From contig JBAXBA010000066.1 in NCBI GenBank assembly GCA_037142195.1, positions 1-21,524 on the forward strand: 21,524 nt of DNA, written 5' to 3'. Of this stretch, positions 1 through 6,852 are shown piece after piece; within the stretch, counting starts at the first letter, position 1; every line of letters begins with the position of its first letter. Source of the DNA: Pseudomonadota bacterium (GTDB lineage: Bacteria > Bdellovibrionota_B > Oligoflexia > Oligoflexales > CAIMVM01). Below the pieces are notes generated by a model. The model was not told the origin of the DNA. It worked only from the letters and a program-made list of their open reading frames with translations, and searched no databases. The position numbers were made by a program, and so were the translations under genes.

Positions 1-1289
1 GGGACCAGTGCCTCGAGCTCGGTAGTCGACACATTGGAAAGTCTAGCAAAATTTTCTAAAACCCCTTCGATATCTAAGGGGCTCAAGGTTTCATAAAACT
101 TAAGCAAGCGATGGGCAGGAACCTGGGTTGCTATTAAAGCCACATAGGCTTGGGGCTCCCCTTGGAGGACTGCACTTAGATCTGTATCACTGAGTCTTTT
201 TAGGAATTGAAGAGGGTCTGGTCGGTCTTTTAATATAGCTTCCGATGCCAAAACGGCAAGGTCAGATCGCATGCGCTCAACGGAACGCTGATTTTCAGCT
301 CCAAAAGGCTCGAAATCCTCAATTTTTGTTTCGATGATTTTTTCAAGTTCTGACGGATGCATAGCAGAACTGATGGCTTCCATGGTTTTGATTTCACAGT
401 TTCTTAGGAATAGAGCAGCCTCTCTCACGGCCTCGTCGCTTGCAGAAACCCACCTGGAGAGAATGCGCGCAATTTTTTTCGGATTTTCTTTAGCTTCCTC
501 CGTAGTCTCTTTGATGCTTTGAAGGAATCTCTCGTCTTTGGAATACAGCTCTTCCCTGGTCTTCGCACCTGAACGAGTTCCGCCCTGATCAGACTTATTA
601 GAAAACGATTCCTGAGAGGACTGAGGTTTTGAGTCACCCCCCGATGTTGAGCCAGATCTTGAGTCTGCAGCCGAAGCTCCGCCTAAAGCCAAGCGTCGGA
701 CGATAAAATAGACGGCTATGAGAGAAACCAAAGCTCCCCAAAGGGCGATCATGGCCTTGGTCAGCAATTCCTTTTGCTGAATGAGCTGCTCAAGCAAGGG
801 TGGCTCTTTGGCGGGTTCAGGAGGAAGGACTGGGGGCGGAGGAATCTTGCTGATATCTTTTTGAATCGTTGTGAGTTTAACTTGGGTCTTTAAACCCTCG
901 TGGTCGAGAATGCGAGATGCGAGATCCCGCGCAACACTGGTTCGCTCTTTCGAAACTTTTTTATCAAATACGATAAGTAGCTCTGCTGCCCCCCCTAAAT
1001 CCACAGCGGGGTAGGATCCACCATTGAGCTGAGTTTTGTCTCCTAAAACCTGTAGACCTGGAAGCATGCCATCCGCGCTTTGAGAAGCGCCAGAAGGGGT
1101 AGATGGCGTTACTTTAATGTCTATAACATATTCTTCGGGGTTCAGAATGCGGTCAAGCTTCGATCTAATTTGCTGTTCTACATAGTCGGGCCCTCGGGTT
1201 AAGGGAAGCGACTGGCTGAAGCTTAGACTGGATTCGCTAAGTAAAAGTATGACCGCGGCCTTTGAGAGTTTGGTAGAGAGAGACCTCAT
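1..1289 (-). CDS. FliF-like/FliG-like fusion protein (3' end outside the window; 429 codons visible)
   Basis: Not in the ORF track because it runs off the window. ATG at 1289 overlaps the motB stop (ATGA) and the frame stays open to base 3. My translation: signal-peptide-like MRSLSTKLSKAAVILLLSESSLSFSQ; YVEQQIRSKLDRILNPEEYVIDIKV...MLPGL...ELLIVFD (FliF RBM3-like); Pro-rich linker; TM AMIALWGALVSLIAVYFIV (aa 179-197, nt 699-755); Ser/Gly linker; AKENPKKIARILSRW (FliF C-terminal helix, ENP...W at nt 450-488); REAALFLRNC...ELEKII (FliG-N-like); DPLQFLKRLSDTDLSAVLQGEPQAYVALI (FliG-M-like, from nt 218 leftwards). Confidence 0.85.
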   Translation of the reverse strand, partial: MRSLSTKLSKAAVILLLSESSLSFSQSLPLTRGPDYVEQQIRSKLDRILNPEEYVIDIKVTPSTPSGASQSADGMLPGLQVLGDKTQLNGGSYPAVDLGGAAELLIVFDKKVSKERTSVARDLASRILDHEGLKTQVKLTTIQKDISKIPPPPVLPPEPAKEPPLLEQLIQQKELLTKAMIALWGALVSLIAVYFIVRRLALGGASAADSRSGSTSGGDSKPQSSQESFSNKSDQGGTRSGAKTREELYSKDERFLQSIKETTEEAKENPKKIARILSRWVSASDEAVREAALFLRNCEIKTMEAISSAMHPSELEKIIETKIEDFEPFGAENQRSVERMRSDLAVLASEAILKDRPDPLQFLKRLSDTDLSAVLQGEPQAYVALIATQVPAHRLLKFYETLSPLDIEGVLENFARLSNVSTTELEALV

Positions 1290-1972
1290 GTAGGACCTCC
1301 TTCGGCATCGGTATCAATTTTGATGACGACCCGACGATTGATGGGAGACTCTCGGTCATTGTCGATGGGCCTAGTATCGGAATACCCAATTGCTCGCATT
1401 CTGTCGGCAGGTACGCCTGCAGCTTGAAGTGCTCTTACGACGGCGCCAGCGCGAGCTGAAGACAGCTCCCAATTAGAGGGGTAAAGGTTAGAACTTACCG
1501 GTCTGCTGTCGGCATGGCCTTCGACGATGAGAAAATATTTTTTTGGCAAAGATGCAACAATCGGGGCAATTTGACTGAGTGCGTCTCGACTTTCCGGGAC
1601 AAGGACAGCGGTACCCGTATCAAAGACGATAGCACTTTCAAAGGTGAGTTCAATGCCTGTTTTATTTTTTGTGAGGCTAACTTGACCGCTTAGGGGGCTT
1701 TTTTGAATGGTATCTACAATCATTTGCTTGTATTCATCTAAGTCTGCTTTGCCGTGTCCAAGGCGGCCCGTGGCATACTCTTTGGTTTTAACAAATTCTT
1801 CGATCCCGCGAATAAAATCAGATTTAGATTTGTCAGGAGAATTTGTCAAAATAAATAGCATTATAAAGAGCGCTAGAAGATTCGTGATCAGATCAGCATA
1901 AGAATAGATCCAAGTCTCGATTTCGCGACGCTTCATAATATTTATTTTAGTTTGTGAGTATGATTTCTTCAT
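1286..1972 (-). CDS. motB: Stator protein MotB (OmpA/MotB family), short form
   Basis: TM motif WIYSYADLITNLLALFIMLF with the conserved Asp (D27); plug-like helix KSDFIRGIEEFV; OmpA-like peptidoglycan-binding domain EGHADSRP...NWELSSARAGAV...NRRVVI; starts 5 nt after the motA stop. Confidence 0.93.
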   Translation of the reverse strand: MKKSYSQTKINIMKRREIETWIYSYADLITNLLALFIMLFILTNSPDKSKSDFIRGIEEFVKTKEYATGRLGHGKADLDEYKQMIVDTIQKSPLSGQVSLTKNKTGIELTFESAIVFDTGTAVLVPESRDALSQIAPIVASLPKKYFLIVEGHADSRPVSSNLYPSNWELSSARAGAVVRALQAAGVPADRMRAIGYSDTRPIDNDRESPINRRVVIKIDTDAEGGPT

Positions 1973-1977
1973 TTGAA

Positions 1978-2844
1978 TTAAGCAGCTTTTCCGCTGTTTT
2001 GACCTTTCTGAGCATTAGTGCCCGGTGACTCTTGTCTTAGAAGCTCTGTGTTCATGATGGTGTCGATTTCTCGGTAATCATCTCGTGGTAGATAGCACTT
2101 AAGTGCCTGAGCGAGATACACCGGATGTTTGCGGTCTTTAATTTGCATGATGGCTTCAATTACTAAAGAGTCTTGTTTCATAACCATCTCAGCAGAATAC
2201 TGCATGTAGTCGGCTAGAGGAGAAAAGAAAAGATTGGCGAACATCACACCGTATAAAGTAGCAGTTAAAGCAATTCCCATTGAGCTTGCCACTTTATCCA
2301 TATTTCCAGTCGACATATTGAAGTAAAGAAGGATGATTAAGCCAACCAAAGTTCCGATCAACCCAAATGCAGGTCCCATTTTAGCTAGTCCAAAATAGAA
2401 GACAGAGCATTGGCCCAAGGAGGACTCATTTTCTTCTTGTTTTATCTCAAGAAATCTTCTGATGTCGTCTTGTTTATAACCCATGAGAATAAGTGACAAG
2501 CCGTCCTTGAGCATGGCGTTCTTTACAGTGTCTAAATTGTTTTCTAGATACATGCTGTCTCGATTAATGCCAATACTAAAGGCCACTGCTTCTTTAAATA
2601 CCGGCATAAAATCATCCTTGGGGCGGGTGATTGTGAAATAGGTACGTCTTAAAATGCGATAGGTTTCTTTGCTAGGGGAAGAGATAAGGGCACTACCCAG
2701 TATGCCACCAAACACGACAATAAGTCCAACAGGGTGCAAAAATACGGCGGCCTGAGAGCCAGTCACTTCCGTGGCTATAGCGGTTATGATGGACACTATA
2801 CCAATCAGCAGACCAATAACGATTGAAAGGTTTGCTTTCCTCAT
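1978..2844 (-). CDS. motA: Stator protein MotA/PomA family
   Basis: Four hydrophobic segments; LIVVFGG in TM2; GPAFGLIGTLVGL in TM3; ALTATLYGVMFANLFFSPL in TM4; cytoplasmic loop with R95/E101; ATG overlaps the upstream stop (ATGA). Confidence 0.93.
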   Translation of the reverse strand: MRKANLSIVIGLLIGIVSIITAIATEVTGSQAAVFLHPVGLIVVFGGILGSALISSPSKETYRILRRTYFTITRPKDDFMPVFKEAVAFSIGINRDSMYLENNLDTVKNAMLKDGLSLILMGYKQDDIRRFLEIKQEENESSLGQCSVFYFGLAKMGPAFGLIGTLVGLIILLYFNMSTGNMDKVASSMGIALTATLYGVMFANLFFSPLADYMQYSAEMVMKQDSLVIEAIMQIKDRKHPVYLAQALKCYLPRDDYREIDTIMNTELLRQESPGTNAQKGQNSGKAA

Positions 2845-3500
2845 GGAGCAGTCCCCTTATCTTTGGCAGTTTTTTCTTTTGCCTCAATAGACTTGATTCT
2901 GGTCCGTAAACTGTCCAGTGAGGAATCAATTTTTAGGGCCTCGAGCCAAGCCTGTTTCGCTTGAGTCTGATCGTTGAGTAAAAAGTATATACTTCCCTTC
3001 AAAATAAACAGCTCTGCAATATTTGGTTCCTGCTCCGAAACTTTATTGATAAGCGCCAACGCGTCGACGTATTTGGTTTGTGCGGTCAGTTCCTGAATTT
3101 GAAATACTTTCTTTAATATTTCACGCATGCGTTTAGAGGTGGCGTCACCTAAGTTGTCTTTAGATACTTTAAGGTTTGCACTAATTATGGTTTGACTATT
3201 GTGAGTAGGTGTTATGGAAATTTCTTTGGATTCATAGCCTTGCTTTTCAAATAAAACAGTAAATGGCGCATCACTTGGAAGCGACGTTTTTGTATAATCA
3301 ATCGGTGTTTGTCCGACTAAGTTTTTTTCTGAACCATTTAGATAGTAAATACTTGCATCACTTGGTTGACTTTGGAATTTGTAGACACTATCGGCAAAAC
3401 ATCCATTCAAGGAAAAGGTCATTACAAAAAGCAAAAATATTTTTTTCTTTTTGTGAATTTGCAAATGTTTTAGTTGACTCGTAGACACCAGGGACCTCAT
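2841..3500 (-). CDS. Predicted lipoprotein with PEGA-like N-terminal domain and C-terminal TPR repeats
   Basis: KKKK, hydrophobic stretch and lipobox LNG-C; SQPSDASIY...VGQTP...FEKQGYE is PEGA-like; ELFILKGSIYFLLNDQTQAKQAWLEALKID is TPR-like. First gene of the mot operon. Start could be the in-frame GTG four codons later. Confidence 0.75.
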   Translation of the reverse strand: MRSLVSTSQLKHLQIHKKKKIFLLFVMTFSLNGCFADSVYKFQSQPSDASIYYLNGSEKNLVGQTPIDYTKTSLPSDAPFTVLFEKQGYESKEISITPTHNSQTIISANLKVSKDNLGDATSKRMREILKKVFQIQELTAQTKYVDALALINKVSEQEPNIAELFILKGSIYFLLNDQTQAKQAWLEALKIDSSLDSLRTRIKSIEAKEKTAKDKGTAP

Positions 3501-3518
3501 GCCGAATGTTCAATTATT

Positions 3519-3545
3519 TGGTCGGCCCAATAATTGGAAACTTTA
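3519..3545 (-). promoter_or_regulatory. Sigma28 (FliA)-type promoter for the lipoprotein-motA-motB-fliF/G operon
   Basis: Minus strand reads TAAAGTTT-ccaattattgg(11 nt)-GCCGACCA versus consensus TAAAGTTT-N11-GCCGATAA; ends 18 nt before the ATG at 3500. Confidence 0.75.
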
Positions 3546-3894
3546 ACGCTGTAAGAATGTTCACCCATAACGGCAAAAATAGCCTAGACTTCATAACGGT
3601 CGAGAAGATCGAGGAATTGCGGTTTATTTTGATATTTTACCGAATTCTCTTCTTTTTTTTTGCTCATGTTTTTGAAGGGTTAAGGAAATTAAATTAATCT
3701 TTTTGGCTCGATGTTGGCAAGAATCCTAGTAAAGAGTGTGACACCAAGGCGCCTTTAAGGGAAGAGGGACAGCTATTTAACTGCGATTTTCTTTGTTATG
3801 TGTAACTGCTGCTTATTTGCGGTTATAATCTCCTGGTGGCGCGAAATGAGGAGTGCCAGTACTTTTATATATTTCATGATTTTGGAGTTCCCAA

Positions 3895-4956
3895 GTGAAA
3901 TCAAACTCTGCAAATGGTAGTGTGACTATAAATATTAAAAAATCTGACTCGAAAGATGTGAGATCCATTTCACTATCGCGTTGGCAATATGAGGCGTTAG
4001 TCATTGGAGTACCAGCTAGCATTGTGTCGGGTTTCGTGGCCCTAGGTGTTCTGATTTTTGACTTCAGCGTGAGACCAGATCAAACGCATCAAAATCTTGC
4101 ATCGCTGTCTGCAGAATTGGAAAGCAAGGGCGCGCTCCGCAGCGGGGGGGCGACGGATCTTCTTTCTACAAGTCAAGGGATGGCGAGCGCTGATTCCCTA
4201 ACAAAAGCCGCTAAGCATAAGGGTAAAGCATCTGTTGTTAGTTCGTCTAATGAATCACCAGAAGTTACGAAACTCCTGATCGCGGCTAGTCGAAATAGCA
4301 ATCAAGCTGTTGATGTTCAAAATAAAAATATTAAGTCTAAGAGACCTAATGATGAAGGCGCAAAATCTGAGGAGAAAAAAATCACTGGAGAAGTTATTGC
4401 GATAGATAATTTAGACCATTCGAATGTTGGCTCGGCAGACTCTTCGCAAGACGCGCAGACATCTGCGGGTTCAAGCGCCTTCGATAAAGTTCAAGGAAAA
4501 ATGGATAACGCTAGCAAAGTTTCTATAACGGCATTGCCAGTGGTCTCGGTCACTAAAAATATAAAAATAGATGAGATTTATGATGTGTCGGCTAAAGTAT
4601 ATCAGTCGAAAAGTGGCAGCCCTATTCGAGCTAAGATTTCTATGAAAAATTTAACTGGCAATAAGGAAAAAGGTCGACTTTGGGTAAAAGTACTCGTGAG
4701 CTCCGGAGATGAAGAGCAGTGGCTTAGCTCTCAGATTAACCTTCCCGCAGATGAGTCCATGAATGTGACAGGAGCCAAAATTGGTAAGATTTATGTCTTT
4801 CAAACATGGGTCGAACATGAACTCTCTTTAGGCGTGCCTCGTATACAGGCTAAGGAGATTAAGGAAATTATTTTAGGGGCGGAGACAGAAAAACACGGTC
4901 AGAAAGTTGCGAAAATTGACATGAGAAATCATTCAGATGCCAGTGGAGGAATGTAA
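3895..4956 (+). CDS. Hypothetical single-pass membrane protein (TM, low-complexity Ser/Ala/Lys linker, beta-rich C-terminal domain)
   Basis: 353-aa ORF; GTG start with GGAG just upstream and TATAAT at 3824-3829; one TM (ALVIGVPASIVSGFVALGVLIF); no family recognised. Confidence 0.7.
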   Translation: MKSNSANGSVTINIKKSDSKDVRSISLSRWQYEALVIGVPASIVSGFVALGVLIFDFSVRPDQTHQNLASLSAELESKGALRSGGATDLLSTSQGMASADSLTKAAKHKGKASVVSSSNESPEVTKLLIAASRNSNQAVDVQNKNIKSKRPNDEGAKSEEKKITGEVIAIDNLDHSNVGSADSSQDAQTSAGSSAFDKVQGKMDNASKVSITALPVVSVTKNIKIDEIYDVSAKVYQSKSGSPIRAKISMKNLTGNKEKGRLWVKVLVSSGDEEQWLSSQINLPADESMNVTGAKIGKIYVFQTWVEHELSLGVPRIQAKEIKEIILGAETEKHGQKVAKIDMRNHSDASGGM

Positions 4957-5220
4957 TATTATGGCAAAATTAATAAGATGCGGTTCGATGTTTTAGGGCA
5001 ACGTCTTATGCTTTCTGGTTCGCTCAGAAACGAATCATGATCATTCTACTTTAGAAAAAGCGCCTTTTATACACTTGAATCGCCTTCAGGGAAGCTGGTT
5101 TTCCAAAAAAGGCTAAATTAGGTTTTTGGGCCGAGCTGCAGTCTGGAAGTAGCTAGACTTTTGGGCTAAATAGAGGTTTTATTTTCTATGTAAGTTTAGA
5201 CTGCGACAAGCCTTTTTCTC

Positions 5221-5248
5221 TAAAGTTTAGCTCCTCTAGTGCCGATAT
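5221..5248 (+). promoter_or_regulatory. Sigma28 (FliA)-type promoter for the cytochrome c lipoprotein
   Basis: TAAAGTTT-12 nt-GCCGATAT, ending 24 nt before ATG 5273, with SD GAGG between. Confidence 0.7.
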
Positions 5249-5272
5249 TTAGGGATCATCAGAGGTGGACTT

Positions 5273-5902
5273 ATGAAGGGCTTGCGGATACTTGTTTGGG
5301 TCGGGATCATCGGGTGCTCCAAAGAGCTGGGTGTGAAGAACTCTATCTACAAGTCTGGCCCCGAGGGGGCAAAGTTAAGCGACCCCAAACCAGAGATTTT
5401 GGATTTCAAGGAAGGGATCAAGCAAGCGAATTCAAATGGTGTGTCCAGTCCCATTCAGGTAGAGCAAAAAAGTGAATCCGCTGTAAATTCTTACAAGTCA
5501 GTTCTTGACAGTTTGAACGTAGGTTTAGATCCTAACGAAATTCTAGCCATTGCTGCTCAAATACCTCGTGACGAAGCTCCAGATTTAACTGCTTTCGAAA
5601 TGGCATTAAATGAAAAGATTAAATCCATTGAAGCATCTTTCTGTGACGCTCAATCCAATCCTGTATTTGAGACGGAAATTCTACCCATAATGACTAAATA
5701 TTGTATTGCCTGCCATAAAGGTACATTTGCTACCATAAATGGGGTAGGCTATTCCCTGTATCAGAATTTTGGTAAGACACCGATCGCTGCTACCGTAGTG
5801 AATTCTTTTAATGGTACCAGAATGCCGCCTAATTATTTTCCCAAACCAAGCAGCTGTATTAAGTCTATTGTCTCAAGGTGGGTAGCAAACGGTGGACGTT
5901 GA
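5273..5902 (+). CDS. Lipoprotein with C-terminal monoheme c-type cytochrome domain
   Basis: Lipobox IIG-C; FETEILPIMTKYCIACH (CxxCH preceded by the F..I.PI pattern of planctomycete-type cytochrome c domains); RMPP candidate axial Met; ends IVSRWVANG. Confidence 0.8.
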   Translation: MKGLRILVWVGIIGCSKELGVKNSIYKSGPEGAKLSDPKPEILDFKEGIKQANSNGVSSPIQVEQKSESAVNSYKSVLDSLNVGLDPNEILAIAAQIPRDEAPDLTAFEMALNEKIKSIEASFCDAQSNPVFETEILPIMTKYCIACHKGTFATINGVGYSLYQNFGKTPIAATVVNSFNGTRMPPNYFPKPSSCIKSIVSRWVANGGR

Positions 5903-6052
5903 TTTTTGTTCTCAAACACGGCCATATTTTTAGGCTAGAGCTTATCTCTTGGGAGATAAATTTCTTGGTTTCTTTCCGTCACGAATTTAGGGAACAATTT
6001 CCTCAATCCTGACTCGATTCTAAGTGGCAAGTGCCGCAAGACTCCCCGTGAT

Positions 6053-6814
6053 TTAGCTTAAAGTGAGAACCTTGTAGCCCCGGTCAGTGATCAATACGGT
6101 GTGCTCAAATTGTGCGGAAAGACACCCCGATTCCGTGGCGATCTCTGTTATTGTTGATCCAGGAATCGCCAACTCTTTGCTGGGACTATTTTTTTCATTC
6201 ACAGCCGGCTCCACCGTTATACACGTCCACGGAATGAGGCGGGGGCCTTGACGTTTTTTTCCGAATGCAGGAATAAAGGGGTCATCATGGAATACGGTGC
6301 CAATGCCGTGACCGCCGATATCTTTGCATACGTAAAATCCAGCCCCTCGGACTAGGTTTTGTACCGCAAATCCGATATCACCCGTGTGGAGTCCTGGTTT
6401 AAGAATTTCTATGCCTGCTTCCAAGGCAGATTTAGCGGTAGCTACGAGTTGCTTGGTCCGATCAGGGACTTCCCCTATGATAAATGTTCGGGAGCTATCG
6501 CCAAAATGACCATTTAGAATGGAAGTGACATCTACATTGATAATATCGCCATCTTTAAGGACGGTGTCTCGAGGGACGCCGTGGCAAATCATTTCATTGA
6601 TAGAGGTACAAACACTCTTAGGAAAGCCTTCATAGCCTAATGGCGCTGGGATTGCGCCATGGGTTAAAGTATAGTCGTGGACGAGATCATTAATTTCATT
6701 GGTGGTGATTCCAGCTCTTATAAAGCGCTGTGTATAATCTAAAGTTTGGGAGACAAGTTTTCCCACCTTTTCCATACCGAGAACGAATGACTGAGTTTTT
6801 GCAGTAAGAGACAT
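6053..6814 (-). CDS. map: Type I methionine aminopeptidase
   Basis: GFPKSVCTSINEMICHGVP, INVDVT, GDSSRT, GHGIG, TVEP, SAQFEHTV: all metal ligands present. Confidence 0.96.
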   Translation of the reverse strand: MSLTAKTQSFVLGMEKVGKLVSQTLDYTQRFIRAGITTNEINDLVHDYTLTHGAIPAPLGYEGFPKSVCTSINEMICHGVPRDTVLKDGDIINVDVTSILNGHFGDSSRTFIIGEVPDRTKQLVATAKSALEAGIEILKPGLHTGDIGFAVQNLVRGAGFYVCKDIGGHGIGTVFHDDPFIPAFGKKRQGPRLIPWTCITVEPAVNEKNSPSKELAIPGSTITEIATESGCLSAQFEHTVLITDRGYKVLTLS

Positions 6815-6852
6815 TCAAGTACCTCATCCCATGAAACGCATAGGGATATCAG

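Noticed and set aside
334..637. Track ORFs 334..522 (+) and 425..637 (-)
   Set aside because: Shadow frames of the long minus-strand fusion ORF.
1286..2844. Zorya (ZorA/ZorB) defence system or ExbBD/TolQR/AglRQS motor
   Set aside because: The A subunit has four TMs, a MotA-type cytoplasmic loop and no long ZorA tail; the B subunit has a plug and an OmpA-like domain, unlike ExbD/TolR; the neighbour is FliG-like, not ZorC/D/E.
3714..3731. Possible sigma54 promoter (TGGCA...), also at about 7832
   Set aside because: No GC at the -12 position in either case.
3506..4022. Track ORFs 3506..3697 (+) and 3813..4022 (-)
   Set aside because: They overlap promoter DNA or the start of the 353-aa gene and have no recognisable motifs.
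5115..5137. Additional TAAA...GCCGA sigma28-like match
   Set aside because: Spacing is too short and the -10 match is poor; the 5221-5248 site is much better.
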